NCBI GenBank assembly: GCA_030704615.1
Contig: CM060733.1
Span: 19,468,001-19,532,000 of the forward strand
DNA from: Takakia lepidozioides
Taxonomy: Eukaryota; Plantae; Bryophyta
DNA: 64,000 nucleotides
Direction: 5' to 3'
Within the stretch, counting starts at the first letter, position 1. Every line of letters starts with the position of its first letter. The notes under the pieces were generated by a model. The model worked only from the letters and a program-made list of their open reading frames with translations. It was not told the DNA's origin and made no database searches. A program made the position numbers and the translations under genes. Positions 35,581-49,100 of this stretch are shown in pieces.

Positions 35581-37238
35581 GATGTTCGTCCCTCCGTCGG
35601 CAGACTGTCTACTTCTAAGGACATAACATCTTCCGCCCATCCTACAAACGTGGGATCGACAACCAAGAAAGGTGTGGGGGTGAGCACGCCCCCCGATGCG
35701 CGGGTCAGTTCTACGCATGCGACGTACGAAGCTGCAAAGACAGGTCCAGCAAGTGTAAACAAACCTGCTGACCAGCCTCTGTTGCGAAGTAGGGCGGCAG
35801 CGCTGCGTTTGTCTACTCTATCCAGCCCGCCTACAGCTGTCCCTGCTTCCCAGGGGAGAGGCAAAGCCAAGAAGGGGACTGTCGTGGACCATGCTGAGGA
35901 GGTCGAGGAGGGTCCGAGTACTAAGAGACCGGCGAAGAAAAAGTCTGGCGTCTTTATGAACAAGAACCGCAAGCTGGCCTTGGACATGGACAAAGATGTG
36001 GGTCGTTTCCTGGAGCAGCACAGGTGAGTATTGTGCTCAGTCTCCTCGTTTGTCTTTGTCGTTAAGTGCTTTGCAATCTGTTGTGGTCAGTCTGCTGCTG
36101 GTTTCATCATTGTCTGTTGTGGTTAGTCTTGTCAGTCTGCTGATGAACTGTTCAGCCTGTAGAGTGTTCAGTCTGTTTAGTACATGAGGCTTTCCGAAGG
36201 ATGGTCTGCTCTATGCAGGATGGGTGCTCGGTTTGGCAAAGCACATGCTCTGCACGTCAAGACAAGTAATTCCATACTGATGTTTTTTGAAGGGGACCTA
36301 CGGTTTGAATGTGGACTATTGCCGGATGACATAAAGGCGCTCCAGAAGGTTGAGTCGGAGTGCACACATAGACTCCTGGAGCTCTGGTGTATGAGAAGTC
36401 GGTTGAGGCTGCGTTCACCAACACTATTGCTGTTCTTCCAACGTCGAGTGGACGGTGTTGAAGTCATTGGGGGTGGGGCAACGTAAAAGCCTTCTAGAGG
36501 TCTTGAAAGGTTGCCTCAGCACTAAACGACTGGGCAAGGACTTGAAAGAGTGCGATTTCATTTTGGTGCTAATTGGGGACGAGTAAGAACTCTTCCGAGT
36601 CTGCTGAGACTGTCTCCTGAGTCATAGTCTGGTTTCGCAGTGTCATCTTGACTCTGAGCGATTAAGTTGACCTCTGTATTTGTGCAGTGGACTGGGTTTG
36701 AAGATTGAGTCAGCTGAGTGTCAGTCTGCTGAGTCTGCCCATCATGATTGTGCAATGACGCCATGTTGTTTGATACCATTACACGGGGCACTGGAGTGTT
36801 TGTATCATCGACCTCCGCAAGGGCTGTTACACTCACCTGAACTCTATCAGGGACTCGCATAGTTGTCCCTTTGTTCTAGGGTGGATTTGGAAGCTTCATG
36901 CTGAGTGCTTAGGGTACTCGATGGACTCACCGAAGTGGCACGAGATTGTTCAAGCATTTCAGTTCCACGCGCCTGATGTGCCCCAGCAACCATTCAGCTG
37001 GGAGTGTGGCTTTTACGTCATGTCATTCATTCAAGTGTTTTATGAGTGGGTAAAAGTCAGAGGAAATGTCTCCAAGACTGCAAAGCCAGAGAGAGGAACA
37101 CTTTTCACGAAGGACTGGTTTACTTTCAAGTTTGCACTTGGGCAGCGAATGCAGTGTGCCCAGTATATCGTGCGGGAATTGGACAATGTAGTCATGAGTA
37201 TGATGTACTTGTCCTGTGAAGTCTATGTACCGAAATAA
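35581..37238 (+). pseudogene. Ulp1-like (C48) SUMO protease, transposon-borne, degenerate
   Basis: GHWSVCIIDLRKGCYTHLNS (catalytic His region, about 36787-36850) and DVPQQPFSWECGFYVMSFI (Gln/Cys region, about 36975-37030). Confidence 0.7.
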
Positions 37239-37499
37239 AAAATGCGAGTTTTTTCGCTTACTATTCCAGTGGTGATGAGCACTTTTGTGTACTGTGGGTG
37301 CTGGCATGTTTTGTAATGTTATCACTAAACTCAATGGACACAATGGTGTCAATTTTTCCATGCATTGTGCACCCCGAGTCTGTTGAGCTTAAATGTGCGA
37401 GCAGTACGCTGCCGAGGCTAGGACTGGTGGGTCTGGTACCTAGTCTGGTAGGCACCATGTCCATGAGTCCGCTGGGACGCTGGATTGGCATGAGTCGTT

Positions 37500-38390
37500 A
37501 GGGAGGTAGTCCACTGGAACCTGTCCATTTTGAGTCTGCTGTTGTGGATGAGTCTGCTTGAGACTTAGTCTGTCCAGCAGTCTGCTGGGAGAGTTGCAGG
37601 GATGAGGTGGAAGTGTGGTGAGCAGACGTTCGGAGTGGGCAGCAGACTGACCAGCAGATTGGCTTCCTGGTGTTCACAGTCTGTTGACTGTGACTCTGTT
37701 GGGAAACTGTGCGTGAGTCCATTGGGAGACTATGCTTGGGAGACTGTGTGGGAGTCAGTTGGGAGACTGGAAGAGTCCGTTGGGAGACTGTGCAGGAGTC
37801 CATTGTGGGACTCTGCAACTGTCTTATGGGAGTTTATGCCGGAGTGTGCTGGGATTGTGGAGACTGGAGGAGTCCGTTGGGAGACTGTGCATGAGTCCAT
37901 TGCAGACTTGTATTTCAGAAATGGACAATGCTACCAGAGGAATTGCGGACTTATATTGTCTTCTTCGTGACACCTACACGACCTGAAACCTTGTACTGTC
38001 CACTGGACTCGCCCAGTGGACAGTACAATGCCATGACGTTGATGTGCTGGAACAACCCCATTGGACTACCCAGTGGACTCCCCATTGGACTTCCCCTAGC
38101 TAGGACTGGGGCAGCGGACTGCCACAGCGAACTGCCGAGCGGACTTGCCAGGGACTGCCGAGTGGACTTGACAGCGGACGGCCGACCCCAGGGACTGCTG
38201 AGTGGACTTGGCATCGGACTTGGCAGCGGACTTACCGGGGACTGCCAGTGGACTTGCTAGGGAACTGATGAGCGGACTTGACAGCGGACTACCAGTGGAT
38301 TTGGCCAGCGAACTGCCATCGGGTTTCGCCACATGAGTCTGACAGTGGACTGTAGCAATGGACTGCTGTACTGGACCTCGACAATGGACC
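37500..38390. repeat. Minisatellite-like repeats inside the MULE (GGGAGACTGTG..GAGTCC units, then GTGGACT/GCGGACT units)
   Basis: Direct reading; lies between the two convergent element genes. Confidence 0.8.
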
Positions 38391-38411
38391 GGTGTTGTGG
38401 ATCAACAGACT

Positions 38412-39932
38412 TACCGAATAGCGTTGATTTATGCTTTGGCATCGTCCACAATGAGGGCATTGGGTCGCCAGCTCGACAAATCTGCGAGGAGTGAATCACG
38501 TAAGGCTCTCATCCACGGAACTAGGTCTGTTGTCCGATTCCTCGCGGATAGGATATAAGCAACTGGTATACCGTTCAACCACTCGTCGAAGACCATCAAC
38601 GTGTACAATGGGAACTGTTGGAATGCACAATGTCAGATGGTCAGAGCATGCAAATTCCGCTCAATTCTGCACGAGAAGACTTCATAAGAGTGATGAGGTC
38701 TGCAGCGGTTCACAGTGGGTCTGCCCCTCGGTCTTCCGCAACATACACATGAAAACATACAGAAATGGTCAGCACACCAAATTTTATGTGAATGCTGCAT
38801 GGTACTATGCTATCATGCTCGTACAAGTCCATGGAATCGTTCGAATAGTACCTTGTCATGATTTGTCCCAAATGTTGCATCACATGCAACGATACGGTCA
38901 TGTCCTAGTTCCAACATTCGTCGTTTCTGCCACGGAGTCTGTATGCCAACAGTGAATGTCAAATCTTCATCAAAATGCTCGAATGTTGGCTCTAATTTCT
39001 CCTCTTGATAGAAAAAAACGGACGCATGATTCTGGTCTCTCCACATGCGCACACTCTCCGCATCATCGGCGTGCTTTTTGAAGGTGTTGTTCATCACGTG
39101 CTCTTTATGCTCCATCATGATTTGGGCGACCGACAGGCCTCGGCACAAACACTCGACGACCCAGGCTTTCAATTCTTTGCTAATGTGTGGTGCATAGGCG
39201 TGACGGGTGTTCCTGAACTCTGCGGACTTCCCATGCGAGGGTTTCTCTTGCGCATTTGTATGCTCCATGTTGTTGTAGTACGTGAGGACACAGATGTCAA
39301 GGGCGAGATAACATGCTGGACCTTGAAACAACATTGGTAACCACGCTTGTAAGACTCTCCATACTCCGACTTCTTTCTCCTTGGGCCTTTATGAGGGCAA
39401 GATGTTCCAGCACCCACAAGAGGTCCTCCACGCTTCTGTTTTGGATCCTCCACTATTGCTTTGTTGGTGTGCTTGTCATCAGGACCGTAGCAGCATTGAT
39501 ACCTGTACAGAAAATTCTAAAATCGATATCCAACGACTTGAGGAAGCATAAAATCAGAGAACTCGTGAAACAAAAAATGGCAACAGACATGCAATGAAAC
39601 GTCAAAATGACTGAGGATGGTGCACACATAATACTGGACAGAAAGGTGTTGGCTCTGGGTGCTTTTCGCGAGCCGGGTTCCACTTTAGAATGGACATTCA
39701 CCCAAAACTGAGTGGGGTATCCCAGGTTAAAGTCACCAACTCTATCCCAAGGTATGCAGGCCTTTTCAATATTCACTCGCACACCCATAAACCCATATTG
39801 CGTCTCACTCTTCCAATGGAGATCCTTCCTGTTGAAGGGTCCTGGTTTAGCTGTTTGCAAACATTGTCGAAGAGGCCGTATAAGCGGGCTTTCCGTGATC
39901 AGTATATCATCGGGTTTTGCTTCTACGTCCAT
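38412..39932 (-). pseudogene. MULE/SWIM-type transposase, spliced, frameshifted and 3'-truncated
   Basis: Motifs IPWDRVGDF, DDAESVRMW..VFFYQE, VGIQTPWQKRRMLELGHDRIVACDATFGTN (first catalytic Asp), FPLYTLMVFDEWLNGIPVAYI and WRPNALIVDDAKA* (second Asp). Confidence 0.78.
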
Positions 39933-40638
39933 GCCTTATACAGTACAAAGGACACGTTTCTGAACATGCAAGAAACGCGCCGCAATACAGGACACGATCG
40001 ACAACGTGCCAGGAGAACAATGCGCACGTTCACGGCTGCTGGCAAGTGGCAGGCGGCAGGGATAAAGGTTTGAATTGCAGCCCTAAAAATGGAGGGCTCG
40101 GATGGATTATGGGAATGGACGGTGGCGATCCTGCGCCGTCAACGGACTAACGGGCAGACTGGCGGACTGGCAGACTGCTGGGCAGTGGACTAGTCAACAC
40201 CGGATTGGCGTGCAGACTGGCAGACTGGCCAGCAGCGGACTGGCAGACTGGAGGGCAGCGGACTCATGGGCGGGGGACTGGCCGCGCGGTGGACGGGGCG
40301 GGCGGGGTGGTGGGGAGCCGGGCGTCCGTGCGCGGGGCCCACCGGCCACATCGCACGTGCCTATTGAAGACCCTATTATCTTAAAGTGAGAGGCAGTGAT
40401 GATACGTGCCATCCTATTAAAGTGAATACAAATACATATAGAAAGGGGTGTGGGTAGGGTAATTTAGCTTGTGAGGTGTCAAGCAAAGCAAAAAGAAGGG
40501 AGCAGATGGGGGCACGTGGGAGCTCACCCTCAAATGTTGGGTGTAGTTGGTGGGCCCATCTGCGGGGAGGTATAGCCATCTGGTATAGCCATTTTCACTA
40601 GTTCACTTTCTAGATAGTTCTACTTTCGAATGTCAATA

Positions 40639-41047
40639 AAGTTATCCGTTAAGTCACCCTCCCTTCCGCTCTTGATACATGCCCACAATGCCTCATGTGG
40701 GCACTTAGTGCGTATCCGCTAAGTCAAGCAAACGCAGTACCAAAAGAGGAAAACTAGGGACGCGAGCCTGCAGTAGCTGGCCCACGCTAAGGGTTAACCT
40801 CATGTCAGCATGGGCCCCGCCCAAGCCTCCCTGGCCACTTCGTTTCGCACCGCACCATGTACCGGAGAGGAATGCCAAAAACCAAGTACAAGATGAAATG
40901 CATTTTGCACTCATTTCTATGCTATTTGGAGTTTGGTCTTTTTTTTTTCCCTTGTACTTTGCTCACATGCTCTTTTGACACTTCAGCTTGCCTTTTGGCC
41001 AAACTGGCCTAACTTACCCTCCATCCCTTCTACTTAACGGATAACTC
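40639..41047. mobile_element. MITE (about 409 bp) with TA flanks
   Basis: TIR AGTTATCCGTTAAGT and ACTTAACGGATAACT, with TA on both sides. Confidence 0.7.
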
Positions 41048-44000
41048 TAATATGTAATAGAGGGTTGAGGGTCCAAAGGAGACTGAATAAGAATTTGACT
41101 CTAGTTGTGCACTATTATTTGATTATTACTTTATGAGGTCCACTAGCTATTTGCATGAATATTCAATATGATTGTAGGATCTGTCTAGGCACCAAATGCG
41201 CGCTAAAAAGGAGGGGGTTGTCTCTAGACCGAAACCCCCCTCGTCAGTAGGCTATCAAGGGAGGGGCTTTCCTACAAACTCATGATTTGAGTGTTTGGGT
41301 GGTTCCAGTGGAAGAGAACCTTTACTTCTACGCCTACAATAGAAAAAAGGAAGGGAATAGTTGTGAAGTTGTTGGTTAAATCCCAACACATAGCCCAATG
41401 GTTACGACATAATATTATTCCACTATTGGTTGTGGGTCCAGAACCACATATGTGTATTGGATGTTCCTTTAAAATAATAATAATAATAATAATGTCACAA
41501 AGATGTCCATCTTCTCCTCGGAAGGCAATAGCCCTTGGGGGTCAAGTTAAACCATGAGTTGTGCTTGCTTCTACAAGAGTCCACCATTGTACCTGCTTCA
41601 AGTGTGAGAGAAGCAAGGTTTCTTTTCTATTTTTTTTTCCCTCTGCAATGACTGAGCTACTTTGTACTTTGGGGAATAAAATCTGGAAATTTTGACGTAA
41701 TTCCTTGGTGTTGGAATATCAGGTCACAATGGGTCCATCAAAATGTGCCACCTGTCACATAGCAACCTTTCATATATAAATATATGTATAAGACTCCAAC
41801 CGAAGTTAGTAACCAATACCTATGTTTCCAGCTTGTTATCAATTTTGCTCCACTGCATCGGCGTTAGGTAGAATATCACCGACCAAAAACTTTAGAAAAA
41901 TGCGAGATGGGTTATTATTTCTTCAGGAAAAGAAAAAAGTCACAAATTTACTAATTTTGCTGTCTTCCAAAACATTCATATCGAATATCAAATCTCAATC
42001 CTTGCCTCTTTTTTTAATAAAGTTCAAATAGGCCGCCGTCCCCTTTTCCAAAACAAATTAAAAAAAAACAAACTCAAGAATGGCGACAGTCGCCATGATA
42101 CCATGTGGACTATTTCATGATGGGGGTCATCAATCATGACATAGTCGAGGGGATGATGAGGGCCGCCATGCATATCTATCATTATTGTCCGTTGGCGGGG
42201 CCCAAATCTGGCGTCAACTCCAAAACAACTCTAAGAATTACCTCTACAAAGGTTATGTGAAGACTTTTGCTGAGTAAGCACAAACACCTGGAAGCATATA
42301 ATTACCGTCATGACGGTTGTTTATAACGTGGAAATGATGGGTGCTGTGCGAAGTGGGGGACCAATGATGATGCTACAGGGAGTCAATTATAAGCAGTAAA
42401 GGATGGGGCCAGTATGGAGTGGCCACGTGGGGAAGGTGGGAGAGAGAGCAAGCAGCCTACCGCTATGGCTGCCTGCCTGGCCCCCATATCGTCCTATCCC
42501 TCCTCTTCTTCCTCTCCCCGACCGCGTCAACTCTGCGAGGTAAGCTTCCAGATCCACTCTTCTCTCGACTTCCTGCGCTCATCTTGCTGCATCTCTTGTT
42601 GTGGCTGTTTGGCCGCTGTTGGGAGGTCTCCTGAAGTCGGTGGGTCCTTTGCGTTGCCCTATTTCTCTGACTTATTACATAGTCTGTGCCCCTCACCTCA
42701 CCCTTGTGTGTGGGATCTGCGGCAATCTGCGTGTGGGTAAGTGTTTGAGGGTAGGAGGGGGAGAGAGTGGAGAAGTTGGAAGGTGAGCTATACTCGCATT
42801 TGGAAAATTTCCGCTATTGTTTTCGTTGTCTATGCGTCTATCTCCGGTCGTATTGTTGTGTTTGTGCAACCTGCTTGTGCTGTCTCTGTTTTTTTTTTAA
42901 ATCGTGAGGAAATCAATTTTTCAACTTTGGATCTGCGTGTGCGGGGTGGTTGTACAAGTCAGGGTTCCTCTTCCCTGCTTGCATATCGAATCTATGTCAA
43001 GTCTATCTCTGCGCTGGAGAGCAGCGGTTGTTCTTTCTGTGCTCCGGTCTCCTGGCTTCTCTACCACTTTTCCCCCTGCACATCTCCCCCCGGGCCTCCT
43101 TTCTGTTAACCTGTTAACTCTCTCCCCTAATCAACGCAACCCCCCCTCCAAATCTTATCTGCACCACACTGCTTTTAAGGGTCCAGGATGTGTAGTTGTG
43201 AAACAGGTCTCCTGAGGGACTTGTACAATGTGATTACTGCATATGGATTGCAGGAGATGTCCTCATGTAAAAAATGAGGCTCTTTTGACTGTTTTGTTTG
43301 TGCATATTGGGCCAGTTTCTCCTCAATTCCGTTAATGGATGACATCTGACATGAGGGCTAAGCTGTACATCGTCGCTGTGAGATTTTGTTCTCGGTGTGG
43401 CTTTAGTGCTGATGACGGTGTGTCTCTCATTGCTGGCCCCATAACCTGACCCATAACTTTTCCGTGAATGGGACCTTGCCGCTCCTAAGTTTTCCTTTTG
43501 TTGTTGTTGTTGCACAGGAGCGATGTATTTTGGGGGAAGTTGATTCCTGGGGCAGCAGAAGGATGTGTTCACCATAAGCTATGGCAGTAAGGGAAGTACG
43601 GCCCGGCTGTTGAACTCTCTTTGTGCAGCTTTAAGATCCATTGACTCAGAGGTTGGGGCAGTAGGGCATAGCAGGACTATGTTCATGCAAGGATTTGAAT
43701 CCCCTGTCCAGCCTGTTTAGGCTATAGAGCAGACAAAGCACACAGAAGGATTTTAGAACAGCTGGTTTTTACACCAGGTTGTTGGGGCCAAGGCAGTGCT
43801 TTATGTGCTGAGTACTTTCAAATAGATTCAGACTTACAGCATCACGTCAGCAGTATTTCTGATATCACGAAGTCCTGTTGCAAGGATCCAAACGGTTTGG
43901 TTTGAAGTTTCAAGTGTGACTGGCTGGGAACTTCATGTTACGGGCATCCTGGAATCTGGATATAAGAGGAGTGCAGAGGGGGAAAAGAACAGCAAGCAAT

Positions 44001-44288
44001 TGGGGAATCCAGATCGAGGAGCAAGGGTCAATGGATGGAGGTTGCTGTTCCTTTTAGCCAGATGAACCCACAGGGCACTTGATATATTACAGGCAAAAAT
44101 AGGTGCAGATGGAGGAGGCTGTTGCATGACAGGGGTTTGACTTAGGAAAGAAGATGGGAGTAGCTTCGCTTTAACTACATTATTCAGCCCAAAGACGACT
44201 AGTAGGCACAGGCTGGCTCAGCTCAGGAGAGGATTTCTGGTCAGGAAGCAGCCTAGCAAAACCAATAGGGACAGTGGTTTGAGGAGGA

Positions 44289-46121
44289 ATGGCTGGGGAG
44301 GAGCTGCTGGAGCTCAAGTTCCGTTTGTATGATGGCACTGACATAGGGCCCAACAAATATGCCCCAGCCTCCACTGTTGCCACCCTCAAAGAGAGTATCC
44401 TTTCCCAATGGCCACAAGGTGGGCATTCTCTATTTCCATGTTCATGCAAAAGTGTGCTCAGTTCACCTACCTTGTTGAATGAGGAAGCTCAGTCTTTACT
44501 ATTTCGACAGACTAAATTATGGGATTGTCTTGAGCCTTGAGCTGCCAATGTAGTTCTGCTTCACTAGATTCCATGCATCACTGCAGTGGATTGTTTGTGG
44601 ATTCTTATGGCTATTTCTGCCCATGTCCTCTTTATCTGTTCTGATATTTGCTGTCAAAGTCACATATATAACAGCTGCTTTGTATTGGACTTGACTCTGC
44701 TCTGGTATTGGGCTTGCTCATTTCTGGCTTGCTCCCTGGCTCATGCTCTACGTTTAACTTGTTGTCCTTCACCCAGTTGTTTCCAAGTATAGTTTTGTCG
44801 TGGTTGCCATCTCCCTTCACCATAAAACCAAGAAACATACACTTATTAGAGATTGGTCCTACTACTCAAGTGAGTCTTCAGTAATGGGGCATGGCACCAT
44901 CATGACTCCTGGACCCGTCCCCTCCTCGCTCCAGCAAAATCAGAAGCACTTGTCTATGGCCTGTAGGGTATGACAGAAGAGTGTAGCAAGTACATATCTT
45001 TCACTGTTCGTGGAGCATTTGAGATTCAAAGAAGAGTTACTGCAGTGTTCTTAGGTGGAATGCAGAGGCAGAATGCGTTCCCACAAGCTGTAGGCTGTTT
45101 CAGTCTTTATTGAAATGCCCTGAAGGGTGCTCTGCTGATGGCCCTTGCGCCACTCTTCACTTTTGAGTTGTAATGTCTGCCAAGCCCTTAGATTGGAAGG
45201 AATGAGAACTAATATTGGATGTGCATTCTGGAATGAGCTGTCAATTTTCTGTTGTAGGTAACAAACCCTTGTCAATTGTAGCTTCTGAGCTTGAGATTCA
45301 GAGGTTTGACATTGTTTTCTTCATACACTGTCTTGACCCCGCATGCAGTATGTCCTTTGCTGATGGAGAAGTATTTTGGTTGGTGACTCCTCCACCGCTC
45401 TGCCCTTCCAAACCCTTGCAAGGTATGGAGGGGCAGGGCTGCTGATTAATAGTCCTCACTTTCTTTCTTCGAAGCAGGCTCTCTCTTTCACCCTATTCCT
45501 ACGTAACACCAAACACAATGCACGCGTATGCTGTTCATGCAGATGGTGCAATCTGAAAATAGTCTTCTTACTTGGGCAGTTCGGTGCTTCTGCAGAGAAA
45601 GAGAATGGACCGAAGACAATAAATGACATGAAGTTGATCAATGCCGGGAAAATCCTTGAGAACACCAAGACACTTGCTGAGTCTAGAGTACCCGTGGGGG
45701 AACTTCCTGGTGGGGTCATCACTATGCATGTGGTTGTGCGCCCCCCCTCATCAGACAAAGCCAGTGGTACTCCTTTTCCATCTCTGCCCAAGATTTTTTT
45801 CCTGTTGGCTTTTTCCTTCTTGACCCCTCCTTGTCTGTATGGACTTAGTGGATGGCTCTCAGTTAGTTCCTTTGTAGAAAGTTCCTAGCTGTCTGTATGC
45901 CTTGTCATTTGTTGTGGGTTCTTTGGGCTACTCACTTGCACAGGTAGTGGCTGTGTAGTGTTTAGTGGTCAAGGTTATTCTAGATATCAACCTGTGTATC
46001 ACCAATTGAGCTTGAGCATGCATTCTCATGGCCATTATCGTGGTGCCTGGCATGGGTTGAAGCAGATAAACAGCCCTCGGACTCCCCGAAGCACAATAAA
46101 TGTGCCTGCACAATTCTTTAA
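44289..46121 (+). CDS. MUB: Membrane-anchored ubiquitin-fold protein (118 aa, 3 coding exons, CaaX-prenylated)
   Basis: Exons 44289-44418 (ELKFRLYDGTDIGP..LKESILSQWP), 45596-45766 (KLINAGKILEN..VITMHVVVRP) and 46066-46121 (SPKHNKCACTIL*, ending in CaaX CTIL). A likely 5'UTR exon ends at the GAG/GTAAGC donor near 42540. Confidence 0.95.
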
Positions 46122-49100
46122 CCTCTGGATTGTCTTCCATGGCTCAACAAAGTTTCACTTCCTATGAAGATGACTGTAGTGTGATCTCAAGTCACAAATC
46201 CGCTCTGGCAGATCGCCCGACAGTACCAACTGGGATATTTTATATGTCCGTAACTCGGGCGTGGTGCAGCTTACTTTTTTTTAATTTATTCTTTATTTTC
46301 TTAAGAGCATCCAAAGTGCCGCAATTGGTGTATGGGGGCACAAGGGGGCTGAAATAAGGAACAATCGCCCTGGATGCGCCTTCAAGTGCGAGAAGAAGCT
46401 ACAGGCACTCTCTAAGTGATGGATGGCCATCACTGGAAAAAGCATGGGGGTCAGTTGCGGAACCTGGTTAAGGACACCACAGGCACACCCCTGGTCCCAG
46501 GGCCCTCAGTTGGGTTTTTTCGGCACTTCAGTGCCTGCAGTGGGAGGGTTAAGAACTTATCTGGGATCTGAAGATATGAGGAGTAAGTGTTGGTATATGC
46601 TTGTCACATACTCCATCCCTATGATGCATTCCTCTCCTAGTCGCCCTCAATGGGGAGACTGGCTGAAAGCTGAGTGGAATGTTTCATGTCCCTGATGAAT
46701 TGCTAGGTGGTATCACCAAAATGCAGTGATGCTTTGGAAACCACAATTGCTGGATGAGGGGGACTGGGGGGGCTTTGGTGTATTCTAGTGACGGTGCGGC
46801 CACAGCCAGTTGGAAAGTTTCCATGGCAAGGTTAGTTTTGTGCATGCCTTGGATTTCTCTACAGTGTCTGATTTGGTTGGCTGCAAGAATTTAATGTAGA
46901 ACAGGATGGTTTGAGGATAGCACATCTTTGATCCAATTGAATGATTTTATCGTCTTAAGAACCTCAGAAATTGGTCACTGAGATGTGGGTAAGAGTGGCC
47001 ACAATCAACTATATTTGTGGTGCAGGATAAGTAAAGTTCACCAACCGCGTGCTGGATTGCAAAGGTTTTCAGTTTCTCTGAATCTGGTCGTACTGTGTGT
47101 TTTGTTGTGTGATGCTAGTCTGTGCTTCAAGGGTACCTCTCCATGCCAACTGGCAACATGGCTCTTGATTCCGAGCCCCTTTTTAAACCACAAGCAGTTT
47201 TTGGAGTAACAGTGGTTTGGTTTGGCTGTTAATGTCTAACATAGATTTTTTGTGAAGTTTTCAACAGCTGCCAGTCGTGTAGCATTTGTTTGCAAAGTAT
47301 TTGTGTGCTGTCGTTGTTCTCTGGGCTCATTTGCATCACTAGCTGATGTCTGTATTGTCTTTAAAACTGGAGATTCATGCACCCAAAATTTGCTCTGTTC
47401 TACTTGGCCACTTTCTGTCAGACTTCGCGAGAGACTCAGTGCAAGACAATCAAAAGATGTCAGGCACACTTGCCCTAGGTGTCTAATTTCTAAACAGTTT
47501 TGCACATAAGGCCCACATCCATGTCAGTGATACCCGCACCAGGAGCAAACCATGAACAATGATACTGGGCATCTATATGGCACTTCCTTTAAGCCATACA
47601 ATGCTACCCGTGTTTAATGGGGACAGTCTGTTTCATTGAACACCTTCGGCGTTGAAAGGCCAACTCCCTCTGCCTCTGCCTGGTGTTTTGCAGCGTGCTG
47701 ACTGCTCTTTCCCTATCTATACTGAGACTGAAGGTAGGGGTGTTGGTATCTGTACAGCATTACTACTCTCTCTTTCATGTCACTCCTAAAGAGAAGATTG
47801 TTCACTTCATGTCTTTCTATAAGTCATGTTCTGAAGGTAGGGGGTGTTGGTGGGCAGTGGCTTTACTATCATGTTGTAAATACCTCAATCTGGCATTAGA
47901 AAAAGGATGAACTCCCTGAAATTTATCCCCAAGGACACTATCTACCACCCTTCAGAACATATAGGTAGGAAAGAACGCAAGTTGCTAGGTCAAAACCAGC
48001 CCGCAATTCTTATTGCGATCGGGCTGAGGGGAACAGAACGTTATGTGAGAAACAGAACGTTATGTGAGAAGACGCGCATGGTTACATTGTTCCAAAAGAG
48101 ATATGACCCTCCGACAAATCCATTGCAGACTACCGTGGGGCCGCGCCGTCTCCAGGCACGTCAGCCCTGGAAAAGTTAAATGAGGTAGCTGAAACACATC
48201 GTACAAACCAAAAACAGACCCTCCGCGTAGTTAAGGGTGCGACAGTTGCTTTGAACAATGATAAATTTCTTAGGGTGACAGGGAAAGAATGGAGAGGGGG
48301 CTCTTTTTTATGAACAGATTACAGGGTAATTGCTAATCCCCGCAGTGGAAATGGGCTCTGAAAATTTGTGGGACTCATGAATTGAATTTCCAAAACTTCT
48401 AAGCTGGTGTAAAACAGGTGTGAAACTGTAATGATATCTAAAACTGTATGATCACTGGGTGGTCTTACATGTAGGATGCACATAGTGTTGTAAAGCCCCA
48501 TATTTGCTTAGCCTAGAAATGGCCCGTTTCATCCAAAACGGCGATACACATTCATAGTATATTTTTTTGGCGTATGAAGACATTAAACCGTTACAATGAT
48601 ATTTAGGTTAGGGTTAGTTTTGGCTGGTGGCTCGATCCTGGCCCTTCGTCAGATCTAGGGCTACAAGGCGGTGCCGTGGGCTTTGGCTTGTGACGCCTCG
48701 CCACGCGGCGGGCCACTACGGGTAGGGCTTTTGTATAAAGACGGCGCCCTGACACAAGGTCAGGGCGGTGTATTCGGGTGTTAGTGTATATGTGATTTCG
48801 GTGTACAAACTTTGGATGAGAGCTCCTGTGTGTTAGATCCGCCTGCTTGATCCTCCTCTCACGCATTGCCTGCTCTTTCGCTTGCCCCTTTGTTGTGTAA
48901 ACTCGTTTCTTGAGAGGAAGGGAGTATATGCTTCAGGCTCGTTTTGTGGTGGAGAGAAACCGGGTAGCGTCTAGGTGTTTTTAGCATCCACTGCCCGCTC
49001 TGACAACATTGTTAGGTTGTTGAGGGATCTGCACGCTTTGATCGATGCTATCTAATCAGTCTTGTTTGATGGCGGCCAGCTCGTTGTGCTATGTTGCAGG

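Larger units (their letters stand above)
35298..40376. mobile_element. Degenerate Mutator-like element with convergent transposase and Ulp1 protease genes; only the right terminus recognisable
   Basis: Transposase and Ulp1 remnants (listed below). Subterminal GGCAGACT/GCGGACT repeats at 40150-40270. Terminus CACGTGCCTATTGAAGACCCTA resembles the MITE TIR at 25976. Confidence 0.72.

Noticed and set aside
48601-48620. Telomere-like TTTAGGTTAGGGTTAG
   Set aside because: Only 2-3 imperfect units; not an interstitial telomeric array.
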